Source: a virus (lineage: Duplodnaviria > Caudoviricetes). Taken from it: DNA of 59,071 nucleotides. Both the position numbers and the translations under genes were made by a program. The notes under the pieces are model-generated. The model saw only the letters and a program-made list of their open reading frames with translations. It had not been told where the DNA came from and searched no databases. Location: positions 1 to 59,071 of the IMG/VR virus record IMGVR_UViG_3300009103_001640, one strand, 5' to 3'. Shown piece by piece: positions 18,001-27,300 of this stretch. Numbering within the stretch: the stretch's first letter is position 1; the number at the start of each line of letters is the position of its first letter.

Positions 18001-20609
18001 GATTCCCCGGCATGTACAAACAAGTTATTAACCAAATCATTCAGAGCGCCGGCGTTCAGATCATTTTTACCGAGTTTTTCAGTGCCGATAGACTCAAGAT
18101 ATTAGAGATCGAGCCGACCAGCTTCTCTCCTGCAACAAAATGCGGTGATCCGCCTAGGAGCGTGCTGGACTTGGACGATTCAGCTAAGAATCCAACAAAA
18201 GATGCTTTCGCGAAAGCATGTAAAGATCCGGCGAAAGAGAAGGAAACAGGCAAAAATGCCTTTAAGCAGGCGGGACTGGTTGGTGTTTGTGAGATTACTA
18301 TTCGCGTTTATGTCGTTGATATGTTACTTCGGTCCATCTTTCCAATCTCGGAATATGATGTAGGCTCTTTCGACAGTATTTTCTTGAAACAAGTAGCCGA
18401 CAAAATCACTACTGAAATGCAAATGCTAGATCCTCAGTACCATGATGCCTTTATGGATACTCTAGATAAGGTGTTCAAGGCGGCGTGTGATGCCGCAGTG
18501 TGCAAGGGCGAGCCCCTGACAGACCCAATGACCGGCGAAGAGTTGGACTGCGAATCAATGTCTGCGCTAATGTATTATATTAAGAAGCACTTGGTAGATG
18601 TAGCAGATATTCTAGATGAGAAGTTTGGTACCTCGACCCCAAGTCTTTCAAAGGTTGCTCAAGAGTCGTGGTTAACTACCCTGCCAATACCAGAATATCC
18701 AATCCCAGACGACATGGACATCACCGGCTTGGGCTCTCAGGCAGACTTGTTTGCGACATTACTGAATAATCCCCGCCCCGAAATGAACCTTGACGGCATG
18801 ACAACATATTATGTCGGCGATATTGCAGCCACTACTGAATCTACTACTGAATCCACAGATGAGACGACAACAACAGAAGAAAGTTCTGTGTATATTGAAG
18901 CAGATATAACCTCTTTGAACTCAGGAGAGCTTATCGATCCAATGTGGCCAGATAACCTCCCACTACCTAGGCTCTTTAGTTTTTCTGAAACAGATTATAG
19001 CACCGAAGATTTGGCTTTCGTAGCCGAAGAGGTGTACTTGTTGGATCCAGCAGAGATGAGCGAAGCAGGAATCACAGATGCTGAGTTAGCGTCTAAGGAG
19101 ACGGTCACGCTCGCCGCTTCTTGGCAACAGATTTCAGATCCGGTTGAAGCTTTCTTAGAAGAGGGCGGTCAACATAACAATTTATATTATAGCTTGCTTG
19201 ACAACTGGCACAGACCCCAGCATGCAGCTTACCCTATTCCTAGCATGTTCCCCATGACAACTGACGTTAAGGGCGGCTTGTACTTGGAGAAGTATATTAA
19301 AATCGGACAAGAATATTGGCACCCCGACAACCTACAACAATGGTTTGATTTGCTGATTGATCGCTGCACCGACCGTCCAATTGACTCAACGGCTTTTGCT
19401 GCTTTGGCGCAATACGCCACCGCCGAAGCTGAGTATGGCTTGCGCTTATGCTACATGCTACCAACACGCACACCTTCTCTCACGGGCGGCGCTGGCTCTA
19501 CCGTTGCAGCAAACGTAGATCTGTTCACACTTCTTGGAGAAATGTTTGGACATTCAGCGGGATTGATGCCGGATGTATCAAAGATGCAGGGCTCGTTATT
19601 GCAACCGGAAGCGGTGATCTTTAACGCAGAAGTTGCTGCTGAAGTGTTGTCGGAAGCAGAAGATAAGAGTCACCACGATGAAGAGTCTGCGCCAACTATG
19701 GTTACTGCAACAGCTATAGAGAGCCATCAAGAAAAGTTTTTTAATGTTTCGATTCCGTTAGTCGAATCTAGTATCAGTGCCGGCTCGCCAATTAGTATTG
19801 CCATGGCAACCGGCGGTGCCACAAGAGATGCCGCCGGCGAGTTTTTAGAAGCAGGCGTTCTTCCAGCTTCAGCAGATATAGAGGCGTTTAATACACCATG
19901 GACCGATGCTTCGACCGCATTGGATGAAAAATTGACAGCGCTCCAAGTGAAGATGAGAAGATCATCGGAGTGGAAATATATCTTTACCCAGCTTTTGTGC
20001 TCGAATGATATTGTTCAGCAACTGTGGAACTATTGTTCTATGATGACTACAACTAGTGTACCCAAAATCGATCTGGCATTTGCGCAAACTAAACAAGAAT
20101 TGCGCATTTTGTTCTGGACTTTATACAATGACATTGGCACCGGCGGTGACGGATTCTCATTCCAAGCAGAGACAGAAACAACCGACATGGAAGTGGCTAC
20201 GCTCAATCAAGATACCGATGGCGGAGGTCTACCTTTACCGATCAAAATGGCGCTAAATACAATTCCTATGCTTTTTAAGGGAATTGCTGAAGCAATTGAT
20301 CCGAATATCATGATTGCGAAACTAATTAGAATTGCGGCAGATGGAGATCAAGGAAAGATTGCTAAATTCCCATCAACATTGATGGCTTTACCCTTCAACC
20401 TTATTCCACCGCCGCCCTTCGGACCCGGTATCGGACCACCGATTACCCCGATTGGTTTGGCTTACTTAGCTCTAGGGGCTTTAACCCCAATGGAGAAACA
20501 AGGCTTGAGAATGAATGACGCAAACAATCCACCTCCTCCACCCGGCACAGGCGGCGGCGATGGATCGGACGCAGATTGTAATTCAAATGAAGACGAGGCA
20601 GATGAATAA
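12030..20609 (+). CDS. Giant 2859-aa putative virion/baseplate protein of unknown function; N-terminal SH3b-like segment
   Basis: Uninterrupted ORF between spike and gp25; VTLLDEG...WCKVRV...EGYVERSHL resembles SH3b; acidic, Pro/Cys-rich. Confidence 0.6.
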   Translation: MNPKVDLTTVTFTEVVTNDDGTTEDVTVTYTSSPFYAAVSDEVNEVSHPSATGQSAVPTAPAMQRFTDEEMMDCPEEQCLTAQWDAGDAIPGSFESSLGTHYFYTEPITYDGEPGNKTVQIKKFSRRRSQTVAEAEHLTIVTLLDEGIGSRAKWCKVRVQDLDRSTAFYNVEGYVERSHLRRLKYGELCWQGPTTLPSPKAAKHKRRKKTTWSLGSPWYEMLACEPWLDEKELKFMTTVNTGHKDRELMDMLEDQAKRIGVKQLCVYYDRLPSGYDVHTLDNGVAHLRNDLYKFAKLEKTFLSDRPDDSIKALISVNYSHLIAVPRMVRSFTTATQVRTGHRTVMYQSDTITKKLKKVGNTMENLQSSVDLFPGIVKGSQSYSPKKWGKMIKTFVPALKKLFKANGYDLRKDHEDIIEIGTDADFNPTHVIVYPDDTGMGMPQTIGFNSFAAQLPANSARLMHYILQGNNMFSDAKKPEMTTLTPPWMTYLTQYTYPPLEIRPTPPSGLNVPKLADMANIANQMNALPIKGPKDLKFENLKLKDPKFLADMAAARFDVAIPAGDNIVANIPIVLDKISSLDDVYAELLQKISIPKLIEQAMAKLMAELGLDNIYAALLEAALGQFSIDALIKQFMLQLPEDLLADLLQQLLDMLDVSCDDLIQLMVDMGISTNHLQGIADQIGDEISALQDQIDSFNDMIPGMCPDSEEAELETDMEEVADDAAENIADSLDNILANLTCDDLKLIIQKIATIGVPSFDFEPPTVDLSCFVKDIELAMGAALMPFMLPLTGAPLDITRLGEIDWSGLVPEAPNIQIMTPDGEFINILDWDTDAADLSELPGFSMPTGGFNPAAASPNLNYPQFALGGTDASTGDATASPGGLQFPNVKFAEQFSDLEMPGGVETLIEAIGGLAEGAIPGISTEDLGPEGGASLSDVSDVRFGELLDDWRRVFVETFSGFLLSNFVFAMAGGGKPFNALKTKMEGMAWGSEGATMDIPEGSDTAIPNSTLPNIPEWNASGVQTPAGTCTLDTSVTETTGLGWQTLATMPREWWASSVDGSGVDSVVSLPDFESLKAQRDALGTTARVQTIELYDALTALAEFDFSAGFDPCALFQAADALSVCLEEFDLDPETGDYYIDGDVFCNIADIKLPTAVFRPEVGCGTYQLYGIPDFGLGNMSLPIPIAGPNGDETFDIFDLEALLGKLPEVPNFPDVLPEVPATDVGLDVSILCDKPDLFAVLGDLMVGNIPDVPAALGGFDAVIKNMEMMGEGAPGTAQGIPAKQIAIALFKFIIDKLGFKPMLSQLVEILIQFMDADLLTVEMIQEIPAIQTKIDALSIPGADGLPSFSPGALKGMGSNGSSPSIESASSMLPGAGMPSGAPGGGDTSGGAIASMGGSFKLPTITLPDDIPTGDLMGAMFSGMAGAVKQAIESAIVEMGKSVLRSLLDGASDGNFGDFDMMDALSDAYGAAAAEDLVCDIFSNVGVDCGGNLTDSTLLSTTTISIEMGCDEPIEIDPEDPETGPVTAACPPATFVSAVSSKLSQQESALLLQGVVGPKMCARIEDVMRGECPHYALVFDDCQKIADTFEAIGDFIPKKVIEKIETPVVPVLKDLRKICCEEPLREKIQARTAKGMPEEEAALDAAEEVKQQIEDLGNLANMLMGLPEGFPFAGDGHGDTIVPDVWPCEDNCDIEADDPPKPSLFPPDDEIPTLNFMNQMATDLMYEPVKLAFKMESDLYPEMLISGTVHNVAIPFYDPAGTHESGGEEGINRYAEQLFNAGHQLVDSSGELFDGSEYKKILKKVRKTLSAEEDDFGARFKKAHVLQQHNSGSVVPVLYQSLRTYDYVSNEWDTDTQTYAWYFQYGGNEETPTGDEWPTVVWKMDPITDAELATGGPGRFVPASSTTSVPASTETPQGQPCDPYSASVTEEIEQPESVELETGIPLKYQLFRQFIRDKFTKHPMLLEGVDVASLSSWTALGLDSDGTALAAGFGFPGMYKQVINQIIQSAGVQIIFTEFFSADRLKILEIEPTSFSPATKCGDPPRSVLDLDDSAKNPTKDAFAKACKDPAKEKETGKNAFKQAGLVGVCEITIRVYVVDMLLRSIFPISEYDVGSFDSIFLKQVADKITTEMQMLDPQYHDAFMDTLDKVFKAACDAAVCKGEPLTDPMTGEELDCESMSALMYYIKKHLVDVADILDEKFGTSTPSLSKVAQESWLTTLPIPEYPIPDDMDITGLGSQADLFATLLNNPRPEMNLDGMTTYYVGDIAATTESTTESTDETTTTEESSVYIEADITSLNSGELIDPMWPDNLPLPRLFSFSETDYSTEDLAFVAEEVYLLDPAEMSEAGITDAELASKETVTLAASWQQISDPVEAFLEEGGQHNNLYYSLLDNWHRPQHAAYPIPSMFPMTTDVKGGLYLEKYIKIGQEYWHPDNLQQWFDLLIDRCTDRPIDSTAFAALAQYATAEAEYGLRLCYMLPTRTPSLTGGAGSTVAANVDLFTLLGEMFGHSAGLMPDVSKMQGSLLQPEAVIFNAEVAAEVLSEAEDKSHHDEESAPTMVTATAIESHQEKFFNVSIPLVESSISAGSPISIAMATGGATRDAAGEFLEAGVLPASADIEAFNTPWTDASTALDEKLTALQVKMRRSSEWKYIFTQLLCSNDIVQQLWNYCSMMTTTSVPKIDLAFAQTKQELRILFWTLYNDIGTGGDGFSFQAETETTDMEVATLNQDTDGGGLPLPIKMALNTIPMLFKGIAEAIDPNIMIAKLIRIAADGDQGKIAKFPSTLMALPFNLIPPPPFGPGIGPPITPIGLAYLALGALTPMEKQGLRMNDANNPPPPPGTGGGDGSDADCNSNEDEADE

Positions 20610-20998
20610 TGGCACAAGGACTTTCACCAGCAATCCCCTTTGTTACAGATGACAGAGATGGGGTAAAGCTTAATAAAGAATACATTGATTTGGTTAACCA
20701 AAACCTTACCATGTTATTGTTGACCGCTCCCGGCGAGAGGGTAATGGATCCTCATTTCGGCGTTGGCATGAGAAAATTCATTTTTGAGGTGGATCACCCA
20801 GCAACTTATTCAAATATTTCTGCTAAGATTCACAAGCAGGTCAAGAAATACTTACCCTATATTGAGATCGAAGGTATTACCTATGATTCTCACGGCACAG
20901 GCAATAACGAAGTTGCCGCCAACACTGTCATGATTAAGCTTATTTTTAACATTAAGCCCCTGAACAGAAGAGCAATGCTTGAAGTGCCCATAAGTTAG
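20609..20998 (+). CDS. gp25: Baseplate wedge subunit, T4 gp25 / P2 gpW-like
   Basis: NQNLTMLLLTAPGERVMDPHFGVGMRKFIFE; IHKQVKKYLPYIEI. Confidence 0.92.
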   Translation: MAQGLSPAIPFVTDDRDGVKLNKEYIDLVNQNLTMLLLTAPGERVMDPHFGVGMRKFIFEVDHPATYSNISAKIHKQVKKYLPYIEIEGITYDSHGTGNNEVAANTVMIKLIFNIKPLNRRAMLEVPIS

Positions 20999-21005
20999 GG
21001 AAGTA

Positions 21006-21014
21006 ACTATTTAT
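21006..21014 (+). promoter_or_regulatory. Candidate phage late promoter ACTATTTAT
   Basis: In the gp25-gp6 intergenic gap, upstream of SD CAGGAG; ACTAWTTA recurs at 49990, 50009 and 52935. Confidence 0.5.
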
Positions 21015-21036
21015 TATTTGCAGGAGATACATGTAG

Positions 21037-22854
21037 ATGGCAAAGTGGGATGACGAAAGTAAAAAGGTTCCAATTAAGTACACAGCAAGGGACTTCGGAA
21101 GCATTAGATCCGACCTAGTAGATTACGCAAAGCGCTACTATCCAGATTCATTTAAAGACTTTAGTGACGCCTCTTTCGGCGCGATGATGGTTGATACAGT
21201 TGCTTATGTTGGTGACGTGCTATCCTTTTATTTGGATTACGCGGTTAACGAGTCGTTTTTGGACACGGCTGTAGAATTTGATAATGTTGTAAAACTCAGT
21301 CGCCAGTTGGGGTATAAATTTCGTGGCAAGCCTAGCACCTTTGGTATTATCACCATATACATGCTTTGCCCAGCCAACGTGACCGGTCTTGGACCGGACA
21401 CCGCTTATCTCCCAATGGTGCTGAAGGGCAGTCAGTTTATGTCAACTGCCGGCGATGGCTTTATTTTGACAGAAGATATTGATTTTGCCAACACTAAGAA
21501 CGAGGTAGTCGTCGGTCGTGTTGACGAAAACGGCACCCCGACTCACTATGTTATTCGTGCAAAAGGTAGCATCGTTTCAGGAAGAATCACAACTCAGCGC
21601 ATTAATATTGGCGGCTTTGAGAAATTTAGAAAGGTGCCCCTTGTTGGCAATAACATTGCCGAAATCCTGCGCGTAAGAGACGAAGAGGGGCATGACTATT
21701 TTGAAGTAGACTACCTCTCGCAAGACACGATTTATAAAGAAGTTCCCAACATGGGTGTCTGGCGTCATAATGTTCCTAACATTTTGAAGCCCTTCGCGGT
21801 CCCTCGCCGATTTGTCATCGAGCGCGACTCCCGCGTAACCACTCTCGTTTTCGGATACGGCTCCGAAGACCAACTTAAGGCAGGCGCAGTTACAGGCGAC
21901 ATTATTGAACCAGCAAATGTTGTGATGGACTTACATGCCAGAAATTATATTACAGATGTGGGTTTTGATCCCACAAACCTTATTAAAAGCGATAAGTTTG
22001 GTGTCGGACCATCGAACACTACCCTGACAGTTCAGTATCGCATCAACTCAAATAATAATGCGAATGCCTCACAAGGTACGGTTAGACAAATCCAGAACAT
22101 GAAGGTCAAGTTTGCCAACCGTTTTAGCTTGGATGATGCTAAGGTGGCAGAAGTTAAGAACTCGTTTGAGTGTAACAACGACGACCGTATTATAGGCGAT
22201 GTTACGATGCCGGGCGCTGACGAACTCCGCCGCTCAACCATCGATAATTACGCAACCCAAAACAGAGCCGTCACAAAGAAGGATTATCAGTCCTTGATTT
22301 ATGCAATGCCTCCGAAGTTTGGCTCTGTCACTCGTTGTAATCTTGCGCAGGATAGGGATTCGTTTAAGCGTAACCTTAATATCTACGTTGTCTCGGAGGA
22401 CGTTGAAAGAAAATTGGTACAATCCAACCCCGCGCTGAAAAACAATTTGAAAGTTTGGCTAAATGATAATAGAATGATCAATGATACAATCGATATTCTG
22501 GATGCAAAAATCGTAAATTTCGGGATTACTTACTCTATTGTTGTAGAGGCAGGCGAGAATAAATATGATGTACTACAGCGCTGCGGGCGCGTATTGAGAT
22601 CGAGATATCGCCGCAAGCACGATATCGGTGAACCAGTCGAGATTACAGAGATTTATAGAATCCTAGGTCGCCTCGACGGTGTAGCTGACGTTGTAGATGT
22701 TGATATTCACCAAAAGGTCGGAGATAAATACTCCGATATTCGTTTTAACTTTGAGGCGCAAATGACGCCCGACAAACGTTTTATAGCTGTTCCAGAAAAT
22801 GTTATAATGGAAGTGAAATATATGTTTGAAGACATTAAGGGAGTTACCGTTTAA
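21037..22854 (+). CDS. gp6: Baseplate wedge subunit, T4 gp6 / baseplate J-like
   Basis: YTARDFGSIRSDL, DFSDASFGAMMVDTVAYVGDVLSFYLD..VNESFLDTA, LGYK, TQNRAVTKKDY. Confidence 0.92.
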   Translation: MAKWDDESKKVPIKYTARDFGSIRSDLVDYAKRYYPDSFKDFSDASFGAMMVDTVAYVGDVLSFYLDYAVNESFLDTAVEFDNVVKLSRQLGYKFRGKPSTFGIITIYMLCPANVTGLGPDTAYLPMVLKGSQFMSTAGDGFILTEDIDFANTKNEVVVGRVDENGTPTHYVIRAKGSIVSGRITTQRINIGGFEKFRKVPLVGNNIAEILRVRDEEGHDYFEVDYLSQDTIYKEVPNMGVWRHNVPNILKPFAVPRRFVIERDSRVTTLVFGYGSEDQLKAGAVTGDIIEPANVVMDLHARNYITDVGFDPTNLIKSDKFGVGPSNTTLTVQYRINSNNNANASQGTVRQIQNMKVKFANRFSLDDAKVAEVKNSFECNNDDRIIGDVTMPGADELRRSTIDNYATQNRAVTKKDYQSLIYAMPPKFGSVTRCNLAQDRDSFKRNLNIYVVSEDVERKLVQSNPALKNNLKVWLNDNRMINDTIDILDAKIVNFGITYSIVVEAGENKYDVLQRCGRVLRSRYRRKHDIGEPVEITEIYRILGRLDGVADVVDVDIHQKVGDKYSDIRFNFEAQMTPDKRFIAVPENVIMEVKYMFEDIKGVTV

Positions 22855-24365
22855 TGGGCATTAAGAGGTATTACGCCACCCACGACACTACTATTACTAA
22901 TGCGTTCAAGTCTGGGCTTAGCAAGCAAGCTACTGGCTCTAATATGGGTGCGTCTGATAGTATGGAGATTTTTCATATTTATGGTCAGTCCCAAATGACT
23001 TCATCAGAAAACTCTCGCGTGTTGGTGAAGTTTCCAACAGAGAATATCACCACGGATCGCTCCGCCGGAACACTGCCGGCAAGCGGTAATGTATCATTTT
23101 ATCTGAGGCTTTTCAACGCCGTTCATTCGTTCACGCTACCTTCAGACTACACACTTATGATTAAAGCAGTCTCTCGCGATTGGGATGAGGGAACCGGTAT
23201 TGATTCCGATGGCTATTCGGATTATGGATATTGCAACTGGGTGGCTGCACAAAGTTCTTCCGCCGGCGGAATCGTGGGCTGGACCAGTGAGGGTGGTGAC
23301 TACCAATCTTCTTTGTTGTATTCATCCAGCTTTGTTGATGGTTCTGAAGATCTGCTTGTCGATATTACTGGCATGGTCGAGTACTGGTTAGCAGGAACGT
23401 ACACCAACTATGGTGTCGGCGTTATGCTTTCGTCCAGTCACGAAGTTGCTTCCGGCTCTTTGTACACTAAAAAGTTTTTCTGTAGAGGCAGTCAATATTT
23501 CTTTAAGCGCCCCATTATCGAGGCACGTTGGAACTCAGCCGACAAGGATGACCGGTCCAACTTCTTCTATAGTAGTTCGTTAGCCGGCGCCGACGATAAC
23601 ATGAATACGCTCTATATGTACAACTATGTTAGAGGGCAGTTGAAAAACTTACCACACATTAGCGAATCTGCTGGCGAAGCCGGCGGCACTGGCAGCGTCT
23701 ATGTACACCTGTATTCCGGCTCTGCCAACAACACGGTGCCAGACACTAACTCGCTTGTTCTGGTAACGACTTCAGATCAAATGTCAGCCTCCACTCCAGC
23801 AACGGGCGGCTGGGTTTCGACCGGCATATACACCGCTTCTGTGTGTCTTACCGCTGCCTCTACTCCGCTGGATAAGTTGTTTGATGTGTGGCACACAGGC
23901 AGGGTGGACGACACCCAATGGCACACCGGTTCTATCTATCCAGATTTGATGGAAGCAGTGTCTTATAACCCAACGCCACAATATGTAACAAAGATTACTA
24001 ACCTTAAGGCAACTTACAGCAGAGAAGAGACTGCCAGATTCCGCTTGTTCGTGCGCGAAAAAGGTTGGAGCCCGTCTATTTATTCCAAGGCTACAGCCAC
24101 AATCCCAAATCACAGCATTGATAGCGGTTCATATAAGATTTTTAGAATTGCAGATGATTATGAGGTAATACCACATGGAACAGGCAGCGACTTGGAAACA
24201 CAGCTATCGTTCGACGTGTCAGGAAACTATTTCGACTTGGATATGGAGATTTTCGAGCCGGGTTACGGCTACGCTGTCCAATTCGCGTACTACAATGGCG
24301 CATTGGATACCTACGTGGAGCAGCCCGAAATATTCAAATTCAGAGTAGAGAAACATGAGTCTTAA
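22854..24365 (+). CDS. DNRLRE/CBM96-like domain virion protein
   Basis: DTTI..NMG, SRVLVKF, YLRLF, VSRDWDEGTG..NW...WTSEGGD, VDITGMVEYW..NYGV. Confidence 0.65.
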   Translation: MGIKRYYATHDTTITNAFKSGLSKQATGSNMGASDSMEIFHIYGQSQMTSSENSRVLVKFPTENITTDRSAGTLPASGNVSFYLRLFNAVHSFTLPSDYTLMIKAVSRDWDEGTGIDSDGYSDYGYCNWVAAQSSSAGGIVGWTSEGGDYQSSLLYSSSFVDGSEDLLVDITGMVEYWLAGTYTNYGVGVMLSSSHEVASGSLYTKKFFCRGSQYFFKRPIIEARWNSADKDDRSNFFYSSSLAGADDNMNTLYMYNYVRGQLKNLPHISESAGEAGGTGSVYVHLYSGSANNTVPDTNSLVLVTTSDQMSASTPATGGWVSTGIYTASVCLTAASTPLDKLFDVWHTGRVDDTQWHTGSIYPDLMEAVSYNPTPQYVTKITNLKATYSREETARFRLFVREKGWSPSIYSKATATIPNHSIDSGSYKIFRIADDYEVIPHGTGSDLETQLSFDVSGNYFDLDMEIFEPGYGYAVQFAYYNGALDTYVEQPEIFKFRVEKHES

Positions 24366-27300
24366 GGATTTATTTGAGAGCACGAAAGTAACGAAATCCG
24401 GCAGCGCAGATGAGACGGCTTATGAAGTCGAATCCGAAGCGTACACGGATGCGTTCGTTCAAGACAAGAACGAATATGTGCCTCCTGTAGATTTCTCTAC
24501 AGCCTCTAACTTCGCAAAATATGGTTCTGCTGCGAAATACTATGAAGACAGTATTCAGCGAATCTATAGCAACTACCCCTACGATGGCTCCAAGTATGAA
24601 GTCTTAGACTTTCATAACTCGTCTTCGTACTTGGACCGGTGGATGCTGGAGTATAAGTACCCTAGAACAACCGGGTATGTCGAGTTGGGAACCACATCAG
24701 GTTCTGGCGACTGGCTTCCAATGGTCAGTGGTTCAGCCGATGGCGACCCCGCTACCGCGACGTTCACATTCTCAGATAAACCAAACGAAGAATCGTGGAT
24801 TGAACTTACTGATACTGACGGAACGACCGTTAGATTTGAAATAGACAACGAAGCCGATGGAGCGAAGAAGGCGTCAGCAACCTTTACTTTCTCGGACAAA
24901 CCCAATGAAGAGTCGTGGATCCAGCTTGTTGATACTGACGGAACCACTATCAGATTTGAAATAGACAACGAAAATGACGGTCTTAAGAAGTCTACAGCGA
25001 CCTTTACTTTTTCTGATAAGCCCAATGAAGGCTCTACAATTACAGTCGTTGATAGCGACGGCACATCTGTCACTTTTGAGTTAGATAACGAAAACGATGG
25101 CGTAACTGGAAGCAATGTTGCGCTTAATGGCATATATGCCGCCGGCGGTGGCGCCACCGGGACAGCAACGGATTTGGTTGCAAAGATCAATGCTCAATCT
25201 GCGTTAGATATTGTAGCCACAAACCCTTCTAGTGGTGTTGTGTTGCTTACACAAGGTACCGGCGGTCGCGACGGAAACACCACAATCACTTTAAATGACT
25301 CAGCCCATTGGGATACTTCCACCAGCGTCAATGTTCCAACAGCCTTTGCAGGCGGTGCAGCAGATGTCGCTCTAAGCGGTATTTCTGCAGCCGGCGGCGG
25401 TGCTACTGGTACTGCTGCTGACCTTGTTGCAAAGATTAACGCTCAGTCATCATTAGATATTACAGCAACAAACCCTTCTAGCGGAGTGGTTCTTCTTAAA
25501 CAGGGTACAGCCGGCACACCCGGTCACACAGATATTACCCTAAACGACTCTTCGCACTGGAATACATGTACAAGCGCTAACGTCCCAGCGGCATTTGCTG
25601 GCTCATACACCGCCGTGGCACTAAGCGGTATTTCTGCAGCCGGCGGCGGTGCTGCTGGTACTGCTGCAGACCTTGTTGCAAAGGTGAATGCACAGTCGAG
25701 CCTGAACATTGTCGCAACCAACCCTTCCAGCGGCGTTGTGCTCCTCACACAAGGAACCACCGGCGGTGGCGGCGACACAGCGATCACGCTGAACAATTCT
25801 TCTCACTGGAATACTTGTACCAGCACTAACGTTCCAGCAAAGTTTACTGACGGATCGGGTCACGGCGCCGAGGTTGGTGGCTGGGGTATGCCCGATACTT
25901 CTGACAACAACATTCTGGAATATATCGAGATTAAGGGTGGACCCCACACGGGCTCTGCCGATAGAACGTTTGAGACGCAAGACGTAAAACTCAAAGAACT
26001 ATTTAAGTTCTCAAACGTTTATGATTCTGGTTCCGCACGCGAATATAGTCTAGAATATAACCTTGCAACCGGTATGACGGTTGAATTCTGGATGCTGAAG
26101 AACGGGTTCTACACCAGTAAGACTGAGCGTGAGGTTGTGTTCGACCTTTGGAACAACGAAAATTCATCTTCAGCCGGCTACGGGCGTTTGATGATCGAAC
26201 TTTCCGGCACAAACGTGTCGGGCGAATCTGTAATCAGGCTCACCGCGCAATCTGGTACTAATGGCTTTATCAACGAGGGAATCGCAACGATCACCACCGA
26301 TGACGTTGCCGATGGAATCTGGAAACATTATGCTATTACGCTAAAGAACCATCCAGACAATGATGGTGTTAACGCAAAACTTTATATCAATGGTCAGGTC
26401 AGCGGTTCTGCGAAACTCGGCTCCACAGGGCTTGGCAGAGTAACCGGCTCTATGTTGGCTAATATTGGCGCGCTTGTTGCGCGACCCAACGGAACCAATG
26501 GCTATTACGACAAGACTTCTATTGCCAAGGGTGGCGCCAAACTCTCGGCATCACTTGACGAATTCCGCTTCTGGAAGCTGGAGCGCGATCCGCGCCAGAT
26601 TGGTCGTTACTGGTTCACACAGGTTGGCGGCGGTTCAAATACCGATACTGCCAATGTCGGACTCGGAGTATACTACAAGTTTAATGAAGGGATCATGAAT
26701 TCCGGTAGTCGCGACCGCACTATCTTGGACTATTCTGGTCGTATTTCTAACGGATTCTGGAAGGGCGGCGTAGCAGAGTGTCGTAACAGCGGCTCTGCGA
26801 TTGCGTCAGGAAGCCACAACAGAAGCGAGTTCCACGATCCTATCATCTATTCGGAGCATCCCGACGTAGAGTACTTAGAGACTTCTATGATTGTGTCCGG
26901 TGCTCATCACGACAACCTGAACAACTCATTGATTACTTCCAATTTCCCAGATTGGATTGATACAGAATCAAGAACGACAACGCTTAAACACTTCACTCAG
27001 ATTTTTGCCAGCTACTTCGACAAGTTGTATATGCAGATTGAAGGCTTGTCGAAGATCAAGGAAAGATACGGCAGTTCATATGCTTCGGGAGATGTGTCCG
27101 CTAGCTTTAAGCCAGTGCCGTTCGCAAAGAGTCTTGTCACGCAGTTTGGTATTGCGGTACCAGAGATTCTACAAGAAGCAGAGCTTATTGAAAACTTCCT
27201 CAATCGTAATGAAACTATGGAATACGAGGAGAAGCTTTACAATATTCGTAACCAAATCTATTCCAACATTTACGCCAACTTGCTGTATGTTTTCAAAACA

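Noticed and set aside
18831-18880. Short tandem ACTACTGAAT repeat (TTESTTESTDETTTTEE)
   Set aside because: Ordinary low-complexity linker expansion.
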